From Harriotta raleighana (Eukaryota), in assembly GCA_050575255.1 (NCBI GenBank), contig JBNZDD010013681.1, positions 3,042,543 to 3,106,542 on the forward strand: DNA of 64,000 nucleotides, written 5' to 3'. Position numbers and translations under genes: made by a program. The notes under the pieces were generated by a model. It saw only the letters and a list, made by a program, of their open reading frames with translations, was not told the DNA's origin and searched no databases. Shown piece after piece: positions 38,813 to 52,428 of the stretch. Position 1 is the first letter of the stretch. Every line of letters begins with the position of its first letter.

Positions 38813-40182
38813 TGTATTGAGTTTTATGAAGTAGTGTTTAGTTCAGGATATGTTGGGTTTAATTTTCATGCAATCATACACCATAATTCCTGCAGACTTT
38901 CATAATTAAAGACAAGATAATTTTACAGATCTATAGTTGCAATACATATATACACTCCTATGAGGATAGTTGATGCAACAATTTGGTAAATGTGCACATT
39001 TGAAACTTAAAACTAAAACCAATCTGAGAACTTACAATTTTTTTAATAAAAATGAAATCACAATTTTCTTTTAAGACAAGTATTTGAACTGGTTCTAACT
39101 GACACAATTTTCAACATTTTATTAAAAGTGTGAATATGAATAAGGTTGTTGCAGACAGATGTGAGTGACTGTATTTATGGTATGTACATCTGCAAGCCTC
39201 CATTTCATATAATGCTCTTGAGTGCTACTGAAGCCCCTGAACTGCTAGTTTTCAAAAGCAAGAAATAGAACTTGCCAGTGGAAATGAAGAGATATGCACA
39301 CAGTGAGTGATATACATGCAGAAAATTATTACTTCTGCACGTTATATAACTATCAAACAATGGTTCAAAACCATTAAGCAAGTAACAACAATCTTGTGAA
39401 CCCCAATAGTTAACTGACAAAATTATTTAGAACAGTGTTAATCTTCAGGTCTTTTTAGAAAATCTTTTACCAACCATATTCATTGATTAGTTTGAATATA
39501 ATTTTTTTGAACAATTCAGACTTCCTATATTTTTAACATAGAAATATCATCTCCTGATTCTTCCTACAGAATGTCAGTTAGGGGTATTCCAGGGATTTGA
39601 GCATTCTAATGTCTAGCACATTAGGGTAATTCATATTCTGTACTGCAAAATTTCTCATTTTAAAATTCAACTGGATCCCTTTACCAGTTTGAGTTGTGAA
39701 GTTTCAGCAGTAGTTTAGAGCTATCCATACCCAGCAAGATAGTAGTGAATCCTAAATATAAGAGCGTACATATTTCTCAATGTGTTGACACTCTGGTCCA
39801 CAGGGGTGGCATTTTCTAGCCATCCTCATCGTCCCAAGCCTCAAGTTTTTCCACATCCGTCTTATGACTAACTCGTTTTGAATGGGGTTGAAAAAGCAAA
39901 AACAGCATTGTAAATAACATTGTAAACTGGGAAAAGTGCCTTTAGATATAAAGTAAATGGTCTCTAGGGAACCCACTCTTCTACACACCAATTTATGTCA
40001 CGCCGACCGAGATCATAGTTCCACCCAAGGGTTTTATGGATCAACATGATATATATACGTTTCTGTGAATTTTACTGAGGTGCTAATTACACTTCTGTTT
40101 CCTTAGTAGCACTCGAGTAGTTGCAGAGATCTTTGCAGGACATCTTATGATGTCCTCGGGAGTCCAAGTTAATTACCAGGCT

Positions 40183-41340
40183 ACAACAATAACTTACATT
40201 TATATAGCGCCCTTCATGCGGGGTAGTTTCCAGGAGCACTTAACAGTGGCAGAGTCCAATCCTGAGCCAAAGGCAGTCGGGAGGTGACCATAAGCACGAT
40301 CAAAGTGGATGGTCTTTAGGTGGGATTTCAAATTTGGGAGTGAGGGGGCAAAGCAGAGGGATTGGGGGAGAGAGTTCCAGAAATTTGAGGCATAGTCACT
40401 GAAAGCATGGTCAATGATGGAGGAGCAATGGGGGCAAGGGATGAACAGAGCCGGCTGAGCAATGGGTGTTGGGAGTGGGGGTTAAGCAAGTCAGAAAGGT
40501 AGGGTGAGGCGAGGAAATGAAGGGATTTGAAAATGAGTGAGGGAACCTTGAAGTTAATCAATTTGGAAATTGGGAGCCAGTGGAGTTGGCAAGGACTGGT
40601 GTGACAGGAGTATGGAGTTTTGTGTGTGTTAGTATCTGGGTGGCGGAGTTCTGAATTAATTGGACTGGTGGAACTGAGGGAGGCATTGGAATAATCCAGC
40701 CGGGAAGTGACAAAGTCTTGGATGAGGATTTCGGCTCCTGTGGGGGTGAGGTACAGACGGGGGCAGGCAATGTAGAAAAATGCAGTCCTGGTCAGGGAAT
40801 GGATGTGGAGACGAAAATAAATCTGTGGATCGAACCTGATGCCCAGATTGCGTACGGGTTCGGTGAGTCTGAGGAAGAGTCTTGAAAGGATGAGTTCGGA
40901 CCCGCAGACAAGAAGACATTGATGGGAGCCAAAGAATATGGCTTCCATCTTGCTGGCATTCAGCTGCAAGAAATTTGGACTCATCCAGGCCTTGATGTCC
41001 CTCAGGCAAGCTGACAGGACATCAGCAGACTGGGAGCTGCAGCTGGAGGAAGAATAGGAAAAGTAGGTTTGGGTGTCATGCATATGCAAGTTGACCCCAT
41101 GTCTACAGATGGCATTGCTGAGAGGCAGCATGTAAACGAGGAAAAGAAGGTGGCCAAAGATGGAGCATTGGGATACTCCACAAGTGAATGGCTGGGGACG
41201 AGAGGAGAAATCGTTGGACATCAATTGTTTCATGAACTCAAATAAGGAGCCTTGGAAAGGAGGCGAGACTGACGGCCTGCAGCGTTTCTGGCCCCACCCC
41301 CCTGGAACTCCATCCTGGGACATATTTGCCTCACCTCCTT
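40183..41340 (-). mobile_element. L2 LINE ORF2 fragment
   Basis: TCGVSQCS, CLRDIKAWMSPNFLQLNASK, FVTSRLDYSNA, LHWLP motifs; tail near 40185. Confidence 0.9.
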
Positions 41341-41376
41341 AAAGGCCTGTCTCGTGAAATTTTTGACTGTGCCTTC

Positions 41377-41945
41377 AACAACAACAATTTGCACTTATAT
41401 AGCACTCTCCACACTGGGAAGCAAATCAGGACATTTGAAAGTGACTCCAAGCCAAGAGTGGGACTTGGAAGGTGGTTGAAAGCACCGTCAAAGAGGAAGG
41501 ATTTCAGATGGTACTTTAAAAGGGGGAGAGAGGAGGCAAGGTGAGGGAGAGCCTTTAAGAGTTTCGGGGCATAGTGGCTGAAAGCACGACCTCCGATGGT
41601 CAGATGGAGGCTGCGAGGGCCGAGCAGGAGGTCAGTGCCAGTTGAGCAGAGGCAGGTTGGGGAGTGGAGAGGTTGGAGAGATGGGGAGGTGCCAGGGAGT
41701 GAGTGCATTTCACCAAGAGTGTGAGGATCCTGATGTCGATCCATTCAGTGATGGGGTTCCAGTGGAGCATGGACTGGAACTGGTGAGATGTGGGTACAGA
41801 GTTTCTCCGAGTCAGTATTCAGTTCTGAATCAGCTGGATCTTTTGAATGGTGGAACTGGGGAGACTGTCGAAGAGTGTGTTGGAGTAATCCAAGCGGGAG
41901 GTGACAAACACATGTATGAGGGTTTTGGCTGCATTTGGTTCAGCC
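41377..41945 (-). mobile_element. L2 LINE 3' fragment
   Basis: IGGRAFSHYAPKL...LKSFLF and (TTG)n tail. Confidence 0.85.
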
Positions 41946-42061
41946 TTATTCCTACCTCTATGCCCTCCAGCCTTCTTGACTCCAACGCTTCACTGTCCAG
42001 CGCCTTGGGCCTTCCCCCCAAGTGAAAGGCATTATATCATTTGTTGTTATTGATGGAGTAA

Positions 42062-42666
42062 GTGACCAATTTTTTAATTTGGTGGATTGTTGGCCAAGAT
42101 AATGGGAGAATCTCTTCTTTTTCAGATAGTGCCATGGGATATTTACTAATATTTCTGGAGACGTGTAGTTCAGTGGTTAGAGCACTTGCCTTACAAGCAA
42201 GAGACCTGCGTTCATTTCCAGGCAGGGTGAAACCTTGGGCAAGTTTCCTTACTCCACACGCCTAACAATAATTGCTCAAAAAACAATAATAAATTGGTCA
42301 TTTTCAATCCACAACTGTTTGTGGGACACTGCTTTGCGCAATTGGCTGCCTTGTTTTGCCTGCATTTGTATAGTCAATTCACTTTACAGTATATTCTGTG
42401 AAGCGCTTTGAGACGTCTAGAAGACATGAAAAGCTCTACATTAAATGCAAGGATTATTATTATTATTATTAATATCCACCCACATAGTCAGTCGGGGTTT
42501 CCGGTCTCAGTTTAACATCTTATTTGATGGACGGCCCCTCCAGCAATACAGCACATCCCCAATCCTACATTGGAATGTCAGCTTAGCCTATGCTTTGCCA
42601 AGTCCGTATGTAAGACTTGAACCACAAACCTCTGAGGCAAGAGTGCTAGCACTGAGCAAAGCTGAC
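42062..42666 (-). mobile_element. Old DeuSINE-like element split by a younger SINE
   Basis: gatagtgccatgggatatttac [insert] ccacccac...cagtttaacatct...gagtgctagcactgagcaaagctgac. Confidence 0.7.
42158..42470 (+). mobile_element. Full-length tRNA-SINE nested in an older DeuSINE-like element
   Basis: A/B-box-like head, family body and (ATT)n tail; flanks continue a DeuSINE-like sequence. Confidence 0.9.
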
Positions 42667-43914
42667 AATCAAATCTATCATGACCTGGTGGAAACAAATC
42701 TATGAAACCAATAGTGGTCTTTGAAAAACGTTGAGTTCATTTAACTATATTAATGAGGAGGTAAAGAGAAGTTGCTGTTCAGCCCATCAAATCTGCCCCG
42801 ATTGCTTCGGCCTGGGGAAATTACTGCTCAGAACCTCTGATTTCCTTATCCCATCTTCAGTTAATTACACAATCACTTATCTAATTCCCTAAATCTCCAT
42901 TATGTAAATGTGACTTTCCCTACATTATAAACACATACCTCTTGCCTCTGCTGTCCAGAACATTATCTTGCACAGCATTGTTCATCTCAGTCTCTGCCTA
43001 TCCCAATATCTCAAATGATATTTAACCAAATCATTATCCAAGGAGATAAAGCTCATTTGTTCAGAATCTGTGCCACTTGGGAGGGGTGTGTGGGGGGGTA
43101 AGAGATGGATTATTTTAACCTCTAGCACCTTTTAAGGCATTCATTTATAAGCCGTGCTCTCCAGATTGTTATGAGATTTGAAATTCCATGCTGTTAATAG
43201 CAAATCTGAAATCAGATCAGTAGTGCAATTTGGGGAGAAGAGAGGGGGGAAAGGGGGTCATAATGAGACTTGGAAATTCCTGTGATCATTTTTTTAGGAT
43301 ATTGTAGCTTTCTCTCTTGTTGTGGATCTCTCCTATGAGAAGGTCATTAACATTCTCGGTACACTGAGAGATTTCATTGAAAGTAGGAAATTACATTATT
43401 TTACCAGTATGTATTTTACCAATATGTGTGGGTGAGCATATTTATATATTTTTTAATGTATATATTACATATGTATACATGGCTCTTTGATACATTTTAG
43501 TCCATGATTCTGTTGGTAGTGGAGATTGCAGAATTTGGGATAAAAATATCTGTGTGAAAAAAAATAAAAGAAATATATAGAAAATGTCTGACGACCAGAG
43601 TTTGGTGATCAAAATCTTTACTTGCAAGTGCCTAAGATTAATAATATTCAGATTTAAGATGTAAATGGCATCCTATCATATCAAAACGTCACAAAGAACT
43701 TCAATGTGTGTGGATTTGTAAGCAAAAGAGACAGTAAATATGCATGCAAATAACACAATTCAAATTTACATTTATTTAGGAGTTTTCAAGTCAGGAGGAT
43801 GTCCCAGCGAAATTAACAATATTGGCTTGGCCAGAACTGGGAGTTGACGGGAATGGGGAGGGGAAAGTTGACTAGAAGAAAGGTCAAAGAGACCTTGCAA
43901 CACAATACAATACA

Positions 43915-44545
43915 ACACAATCCTAAATTACACTTGAATAGCGCCTTTCACATCTGGAGCACATCCCAAGCTATTGAACAGTCAGGAATTTGGACCCGAG
44001 CTGGGGTTCGGTATCGCGGAGGGTAGGAGGGTGACCGAAAGCTCAGTTGAATAGGAGAGCTTTGAGATGCACCTTGAAGGAGGGAAGGGAGGAAGCAAGT
44101 TGAAGAGAATGTGGGATAGAGTTCCATAAGGTGAGGGTAGAAAGTCTGAAGTCCCGACCGCCGATGATGTGACAGACTCCACAGGGGATATGGAGCAGGC
44201 CACAACCTGCTGAGCAGAGGGAGCAGACAGGCTGAAAAGCGGTTAGCAGGCTGCAGAGGAACTTTCCTATGAGAAGGACAGGGAGGGAGGGGGCAAGTCT
44301 GTGGAGGACCTTGAAGATGAGGATGAGAATTCTGGGGAATGGGGAGCCAGTGGAGCCAGGTGAGGATGGGGATGATGGGGTCAAGGAATCTGATGTGCGA
44401 GAGGACACTTAGCTGCAGAGTTCTGGATGATAGTTTGTGGAGGGAAGATTTGAGAAGGCTGACAAGCAGGTAGTTGGCATAGTCGAGCCTAGATGTGATG
44501 AATGTGTGGATGAGGGTTTCAGCAACCTGATGGGTGAGGAGTGAT
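43915..44545 (-). mobile_element. L2 LINE 3' fragment
   Basis: AETLIHTFITSRLDYAN...LHWLP. Confidence 0.9.
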
Positions 44546-44654
44546 TGATCGAGATTAGGAATGAAGTAAGTCAAACTTCAGAAAGGTTCAAATCTTGTCA
44601 GCTAATGTTGAGGCGGGCAGTTGGACAGCTATTAAGTGTACAACCATTTTTTTC

Positions 44655-44930
44655 TTGTTGGTGAGGACACCAGAGAAAATATCCTCTTTTTAAATGGTGC
44701 CATGGGATCTTCAACATTCAGCTGAACTGTCAAATGTGGGATTCCTGTGTAGCATCTCATCCAAAGGATGGCACATTAGACAATGTGTCGCTCCCCCAGC
44801 GAATGTTGATGTGGCAGCGAAGAAGACTGTGAACTAAAAATCCTGACGTGGAACATGAAACGACAACCTTCTGAAGTGAGAAACCCCAACTGATTATTTG
44901 AACTCCCGAGCCCAGAGTTGCTAACGCCCA
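44655..44930 (-). mobile_element. DeuSINE-like fragment
   Basis: gtgccatgggatcttcaacattca...catctcatccaaaggatggcac core. Confidence 0.7.
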
Positions 44931-45687
44931 TTGCATCATTTTTGTTATTATCACAGCTGAAATCAGTTTATGCAAAACAGACCAAGCATCAAATATGGAA
45001 CTTTCCTGGTATATATGGTTCAGTTTTATTCTAGACTATGGGCAGGAAACATTTTTCAATTGAATTGTCCTATCGTATATCATTTATGTAGTCATGGAAT
45101 TTTCAAACCATATTTATGTTACAATTTACAACTACACAAGATATATTAATTGAAAATTGGTCCCAATCATGTGGTCAGCTTAAGTAATGTGAGAGTGTAG
45201 TATTCACTGGCTCCATTTAACAGCAGAAATTTTTTATTGTTGTTATATTGTTACAGAACAAGGAAATCAGGTTTGAAGATATTACATTCTCTATCCAATT
45301 ATCAACACAAGTGTCTTCAGAAAATGCAAAGAAGAGCATTGTAATGATTCAATGTTACAACTGAGTGAGTGATACAAATAGCAATGTCATGCAAGCTTTC
45401 ATCTTAAGGTTCTTAAATTGTGTTGGATAATGGATGATTTGGATAGATTTCTAGGTTTGTGCTATATGGCATTAATAGTTCTGAAGCTTGCCGAATTTTG
45501 TTGATAGATATAAATTTATAGAGACTATGTTGCGGATAGATTTATTATTATTAAGTCTATAACGTTTAGCCAGGGGCAAATGAAAGCTGATGATTTGTGC
45601 GATAATGTAATCATTTTCTTGCATAGCTAAAAATCATATAATGAAGTAGAAACAAAAGGTGCTTTATTCCATTTTTAAAATGCCATT

Positions 45688-46330
45688 ACCAGCACCGCCT
45701 TCCACCATCTCGGTAACATTGCCAGACTCCGCCACTGCCTCACCCCTCAGACTGCCGAAACCCTCACACATGCATTTGTCACATCAAGGCTTGACTACGG
45801 AAACTCCCTCCTCGTCGGCCTTCCCAGCTCTTCCCTTCATGAGCTGCAGATCATCCAAAGCTTTGCAGGTCGTGTCCTCTCAAGCACCAGGCTCCGCAAC
45901 CCCATCATTCCCACCCTCCCCATCGCCCAGAAGTTCGTATTCAAGATCTTTGACCTCACTTTCCAGGCCATCCACAGCTATGCCCTTTCCTATCTTTCCG
46001 ACCTGATGACTCCCTAACAACCTGCCTGTCCACTCCGTTCAGCAGGCTCCAGTCTGCTCCATGTCTCCTGCCCCACCATCAGTGGCTGGGCTTTCAGCCT
46101 CTCTGCTCACACACTCTGGAACTCCATCCCACAGAGCCTTCACCTCGCTTCCTTCAAGGCCGGTCTCAAGAACTTCCTTTTCAATCATGCTTTCTGCTAC
46201 CCTCCTTCCTCTTTCTCTCTCCTCCTCTCTACCCTTCCCCTCCCCTATGCTCAACTCCTGACTGTTCAGCAGCTTGAAATGTCCTTCCAACATGAATGTC
46301 GCTCTATAAATGTAATTTTGTTGTTGTTGC
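45688..46330 (+). mobile_element. L2 LINE 3' fragment
   Basis: ORF2 remnant (AETLTHAFVTSRLDYGNS) and (TTG)n tail. Confidence 0.9.
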
Positions 46331-46499
46331 TTGTTGTAAAAGCATATGTGGGATAATTGACCAGGTGTACCACTTAGCTTGCTATCTTTCCATTGAGAAT
46401 CACACAAATGTTACCTCGGGATGTGTAAAAAGGCATTTGGGAAGAATGATTGTAATCAGGATCTGGGGGTTGTGGTAAACACCAAATTTTCTTGGACAC

Positions 46500-46790
46500 T
46501 GTTCTTCAGTACTGCATTGAAAAAGTGAGCAGGAGTTTCAGCACAGGTTCACCAGAATATTACCGGGCCTAAAAGGGTTAAATTACAAGGAAAGGCTGGA
46601 TAAACATGGATTGTATTTCCATGAGTTCAGAAGGTTGAAGGGTGATTTGATTGGTGTATGTAAGATGATAAAGGGATTCAATAGAGTAGATACAGAGAAG
46701 CTATTTCCTTTAGTGGGGAATCCAAAACAAGGGGGCAGAACAGACTCAAACAGCTGAATGGCCCACTCGTGTTCCCATGTTCCTATCACT
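46500..46790 (+). mobile_element. CR1 LINE 3' fragment
   Basis: FTRILPGLKGLNYKERLDKHGL..EFRRLKGDLIGVYKMIKG. Confidence 0.85.
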
Positions 46791-46954
46791 TTCATAGATC
46801 TGAGCTTCTGAGCATGGAGTGGAGGCCAGATTCCTTCAGCCCATTTGCAAAGTCCACATGCAATCTGTCAGGTGGATTTATGGGAGAAAGAGGATGTAGC
46901 TATAGGGAGAAAGAGGATGTAACTATAGGGAGGAAGGCCTATTGCTAACCTATC

Positions 46955-47758
46955 AACAACAAAATTACACATGTATAGTGCCTTTCTCGTCAGGAGGATG
47001 TCCCAAACTCGCTGAACAATCAGGGACCCAAGCAGGAGGGAGGGTCGGGGATAGAGGGAGAGGGAAGGAGAGGGGGAAGAGTTAGGTGGGGGGGAGCCGA
47101 AGGCGCGTTCAAAGAAGAAGGTCTTGAGACCGGCCTTGAAGGAGGAAAGGGAGGAAGCAAGGCGGAGGGACTGCTGGATGGAGTTCCAGAGTATGGGCGC
47201 AGAGAGGCTGAAAACCCGACCACCGATGGTTGGGCAGTTAGGGCGGTGGATCTGGAGCAGGCCTGAGTCTGCTGAACGGAGAGTGCGGGCAGGCTGATAG
47301 GGAGACAGCAAGTCAGAGAGATAGGATCTTGAATTCAATCCTCTGGGGGATGGGGAGCCAGTGGAGATGGGCGAGTGTGGGAGTGATGTGGACATGGAGC
47401 CTGGTGCAGGAGAGTACACGAGCTGCAGAATTCTGAATGATCTGCAGTCTGTGAAGGGAGGAGTTGGGAAGGCCGACGAGGAGAGAGTTCCCGTAGTCAA
47501 GCCTGGAGGTGATAAAGGTGTGAATCAGGGTTTCGGTGGCATTGGGGGTGAGGTAGTGGCGGAGTCTGGCAATATTACGGAGTTGGTGGAAAGTGATACC
47601 AGTTAGGGAGCGGATATGAGGGAGGAAGGACAGTTTGGAATCAAACAAGACACCCAGATTCCTGACTGGCTTCGAGAAATGGAGAGAGCAGCCTTGAATG
47701 CTGATGTTGTCAGCACCCGAGGTGCGGAGGCACTGACGCGAGCCAATCAGGAGGGCCT
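46955..47758 (-). mobile_element. Relatively well-preserved L2 LINE 3' fragment
   Basis: VRNLGVLFDSKLSF...ETLIHTFITSRLDYGNSLL...LHWLPIPQRIEFKIL; tail at ~46955. Confidence 0.92.
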
Positions 47759-47769
47759 GATCACTCAGC

Positions 47770-48700
47770 AACCTGGAGACAAAGTCGGTTGCATGGCAGA
47801 CACATTTATTTGCCAAACCGTGAACTGGATTAATCAATTGGTTTGCTTGATAAACCTGTTGCACCACATTGGTCTCGGATCTCTGGAACTGCCATGCACA
47901 ACTAGTCCAGCACAGACCTCTCACCATGTTAAAGGCAAATGTCCCTTGAATAACTGATCTGGAAACTCTGAGGCCTATGATGAGCTGCTGGTAGGTATTA
48001 CTTGGAGTTAAGGTATATATACTCAGGACTTGGAATCCACCTCGATTGATATACAAAGAGTTAGTCAGGTGCTGCTGAAGCTCTGTATATTCAACATGGG
48101 TCTATTGCTCAATGGGTAGGGATGTGGGTCCTAAATGTGGGCATTAGGATGTTTGCAATGAATTCATGCATCTTGTGCTGAGTTGTGTTGTTCACCAGGA
48201 AAGTTCTGCTATCTGTCTGTTGAAGGCTCTAACCACTCTGCTCAATTGTCAAATGGCTAAATGGAGACTATCCCGAATGGGGGACAACAGGGGGGTCTCC
48301 TAGGAGCTGCGCATGCTCTCAGGTGATGTGCTCGGTAATGGAAAGTCAAAATTGAATCACCCTCTGGAACAATCTTGGTTATCTTATTCCTGAGCCAAGC
48401 AAGTCCACGGTCCTCCAAGACACTGTTGATTATAGATCAATCAGTCTGGCGCTCCGACAAGACTTGGAAGGGCAGACCAGTCATTAGGAACATAGTTTCG
48501 TCACACTCTGCTCCTATTAACCTGCAAGCCAAAGCCCTAAAAGTTTTGATGAACCTAACAGGACAAGCAGCAGGTCGCTCGTCAGATTGTACTCGGTGCG
48601 TTTTTAGCTGGTGAACCAGCAGTAGTACCCCCAATACACATTCTGGGTCCTCAAACAATGATCCTTGCTCACCTTCTGCATCATGGATTTCTTTAGCTTA
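47770..48700 (-). mobile_element. Unclassified degenerate coding repeat, copy B
   Basis: RALACRLIGAECDETMFLMTGLPFQVL...FLVNNTTQHK...HLGPTSLPIEQ aligns to copy A; abuts an L2 fragment near 47760. Confidence 0.7.
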
Positions 48701-48829
48701 GTGGTAGAGCACTTACATAAGCACCACTTACTCTGCATGCCTCTGTTTACCGAGCAGTAAATAGGAACCTGGTTGTTAGTCGATTTGGCGGATCAATTTC
48801 CGTGGGTAATAAACCCTTGAAAAAAAAAA

Positions 48830-48990
48830 AAAAAAATTGTTCACTCAATCCATGGCTGTTTGCAGAACACTGGTGTGCACAATTGGTTGCCGCGAAAGTC
48901 AATTCACTTTCCGGTATATTCTGTGAGGTCCCTTGAGACAACTCGAAGATATGAAAGAGCGCTTTATCAAATGCAAGTAGTATTATTATT
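48830..48990 (+). mobile_element. tRNA-SINE 3' half
   Basis: caattggttgccgcg...gtcaattcacttt...gaaagagcgctttatcaaatgcaag tail. Confidence 0.8.
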
Positions 48991-49481
48991 ACTTTCTGGT
49001 ATCAATTATTCTCTCCAGGGAGAGAATATGTATGCATTCTAAATATAAGGAAATTTCCATGCATAGGTGATTGGCATATGTTAAACTATCAATCTGGTTT
49101 GGATATCAATGATTTCCCATATGAGTAAAAAAAACAGTTGACCGAACAAAAATAGCCTTCCTACTACTGTATATTGTAAATTTGTTATTGTTGTAGGATA
49201 TAATCTTGAGAAGCATTAAAAATTAATTAAAGCTCTGGACCCTTATTATAAAAATGAATGGTCAAATCGATGGACTCCACCATACGAGTCTTTCATTCAT
49301 AATCTCAAAGCCGCTACATTGTATGGAAGACCACAAAGATTATAATATAAAACAGATTAAAGACACAACATACTTGAATGTTGCTTTCCAGTATTTGAAT
49401 CATTTGTCATTTGAAATAAGATTGAATTTTGGCCCATTCTATATCACTCCCCCGCTGTCCAGGAGCCTTTTGTTTTTCTAA

Positions 49482-49880
49482 ATCATAGAATCATCATAGA
49501 ATTATATAGCACAGAAGGAGGCCATTACACCCATCATGCCTGTGCCAGCACTTTGAAAAGAGCTGTCCAAATCAATCCTACTCTCACCATAGCCCTGCAA
49601 ACTTGTCCCACCCAAATAACTATCTATTTCTCTCTTAAAAGTTGTTATTGAATCGGCTTCCTTGCAGGCAATGCATTCCAGATCCAAACAACTGGCTGCA
49701 TGAAAACATTTCTCCTTACCTCCCCTCCTGTTTCTTTTAACAACTATTTTAAATGTCCTTGGGTTACCGACCACTTGCCAGTGGAAATAGTTTCCCCTTG
49801 TTCATGCTATCAAATCCCCTCACAATTTAGAAAACTTCTATTAAGGCTCCTCTTAAACTTTTCTGCTCCAAGGATTACAA
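49482..49880 (-). mobile_element. CR1 LINE 3' fragment
   Basis: CR1-type 3' end (atggcctccttctgtgctatataattctatgat repeats) and ITTFKREIDSYL remnant. Confidence 0.8.
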
Positions 49881-50509
49881 TACAATCCTTCACACTCACA
49901 AAACACATTTACTGAGTAGAAGACTGAATCTTGGATGTATCATTTTTCCTGGTTCACCTCTGGAATTTTCTGGATAATGTGTGGCCACAATTTATTTTTG
50001 ATATAATTTTTTGGGTGAATTGGCCTCAGATTAGATCAGTCTGTAAACTGTTTTCAGGCCAGACATACGGGTGATTTTAATTCACAGATGGGCAGTTATA
50101 TAATGGATTTACTAGTGCTCTGAATGATTATTATTAAATTCTATTCTTGGAGCAAGAACTCACACTGTTCTACTTTACAGTGAGCAATTATCAGATCCTC
50201 CTTCAGTATAACTGAAATCCCCAGCCATCACGTTATACACAGGCTTAATAGCGAAGGGTTGGATTGAACAAACATTGTCCACAGTCTAGTAAACTATAAG
50301 GGAGCATGTTAGGTCAGGCAGGAAACTGAAGCACTACACTAGGATGATCTTGGAATTACAGTAGTTCCAAAAATCAAATCAAGGGAAAATAATTACATCC
50401 TGCTCCAGAGAAAATGTACTTTTCTTTGCTTTACTTACTGCACAAGGAATGTAAAAACTCAAGCTTGCATCACAGAACCATACTTCTTTACTCATATGTT
50501 GTTGTGTCC

Positions 50510-50710
50510 ATGAGTGTGTGACTGTGAATGTATTTGTGTTTCTCTGTGTCTGTGAGTTTGTATTTCTCTCTCTCTCTCTCAGTGTCTGTGAGTGGAAGTA
50601 TATGTGTGTTTCTCTCTCTGTCTGTAAGTGTATGTATCTGTCTGTGAGTGTTTGTGTGTGCGTCTCTCTCTCTAAGTATATATGTCTCTCTGGGTTTCTA
50701 TGTGCGCAGT
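50510..50710. repeat. Mixed (TG)/(TC) microsatellite-like tract
   Basis: Interspersed tgtg/tctc runs. Confidence 0.8.
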
Positions 50711-52428
50711 GGTCTACCCCAAGAGACAAGATCTGATGACCAATTGTATTTCTGATGGAGAATTAACCAGTGCTTTGTATCAAAAGGAAAATAAAACATT
50801 ACATTTCATGGGAAACACTGCTACACCTCTAGTCAAGATAAAGAAGAGAGTGGGCCATATAGTTTTTGAGATAAGAAAACAAACATGTATTAATCATGGC
50901 CCATTGTTTACTTCCTTTGAGGAAGCTACCAATCCAATTACACAACTCACTAAATAGACCACATCTTATAACAGAGCAAGATATATTGGTTTATATCGTA
51001 ATATGACATAGATTCAGCCCAATTAATCAGTGCCAGTTTAAACCTCTACACAATTCTCACTCCACGGTTTCCCCATCCCACGGTTTCTCTCCCTGAGATA
51101 CACCTTCCACCCCCAAACCCCCATGTATACATAAACATTTCTCTTAAAACATTGATGCTATTTGCTTCAACCATAGTTTCTAGCTGTGAGTATCACATTC
51201 TCACAACCATTGCATTACAAAGTTCTTCTGAAACTCCCTATCACCTCCAAATCAGGTACCTAACCGTCATTGTCAAGATCTTCGTAATGTCCTCCCAATG
51301 TGAAAGGTACTGTTAGAATATAGATATTATAAGTTATTAGATAACTAGCTATCTTACATTGATGCACTCTAGATTTGTATTCACAAGTCAAAAGGCCTAT
51401 CAATATCAAATCCTTTCATACTCTTAAACATTCGTATGAGATTTTCTCAGTTATCTCAACTCCAGTGAAAACCTATATACTGTATGTACAATCTTTCTTG
51501 AGAGATGTATCCACTCATCCATGGTAGCATTCTTTTAAACCTATGCTGTACACTCGCAAATTATATAATATCTTTTGCTCTGAATTCAGATAGCCACCAA
51601 ATTAACAATTGAAATGGTGCAGCAGTAAGAAATCAGTTTACAGCATTAGACTTCATCCTTTATTGAGTCATTACTGTGCTCCTTGAGCTGGACCACACAA
51701 GTTGTCAGGGGCAGTTAAGGTAGGTGGACAACCCAAACAGCTTGTTCCCCAGATACACTGTGGATAATCTAAGATCCTCTTCCATCTCTGTTAATGTTCC
51801 TCTTCCATCTCTGTTAATGTTCTTGGTTGCCCTTTCAGAGTGCAAAGTGATGAGAAAGGCGAACTATAAATATAAATTGTTGTCGAAGTTGTAGTTAGCT
51901 TTCTAGCAAATAATCCAATTGAGGGCAATGAGATAAAACAGAGAAGCGTGGAATTACTTAATGTTTTTCTTAAAAGTTTGGGACTGGCCAGATGACTTGA
52001 AGTTTTCTTTTCTGGTTCTTACATTTATGTCTGAGAAACCAATATTTCTGAAGTCAAAGGAAAGAGATGCTTTTCTTTAAAAAGAGATGTTAGCTTTCTT
52101 TCGTTGGCCTTGATTTGGCTGATAGGGCTGACAAGCTTCAATGGAACTTTCCATTCTAGAAGTTGGATTCCAGATGACCGTTCAGTTAATTTATGGGGTA
52201 GAATTTTGTCTGGATCTAGATTGCTCTAGTGATGTAACATTTTAGAGAGTCCAGAATTTGACAAATTGTTGAATTCAGTCTAAATATTTAAGTCAGTTTT
52301 GTGTAAATCATATTTTTTTTTACAGAAAACGTGCTTCAGAATTTAGGCTGTAATTAAGAATTCTGGATGCTCTGAAATGCTACAATGGTTCAGCATCCCA
52401 CCAAAGGGATGACACTTGTACATTGTTT

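Noticed and set aside
40328-41323. 331 aa ORF
   Set aside because: Decayed L2 reverse transcriptase with the YADD motif lost and internal deletions
47313-48056. 247 aa minus-strand ORF as a gene
   Set aside because: Chimeric: the unknown repeat copy B happens to run in frame into an L2 ORF2 remnant at ~47758; the start is TTG, not ATG
51776-51822. 23 bp direct repeat (a similar pair at ~46880-46930) as a CRISPR-like or regulatory array
   Set aside because: Only two adjacent copies without spacers; ordinary slippage duplication in a eukaryotic genome
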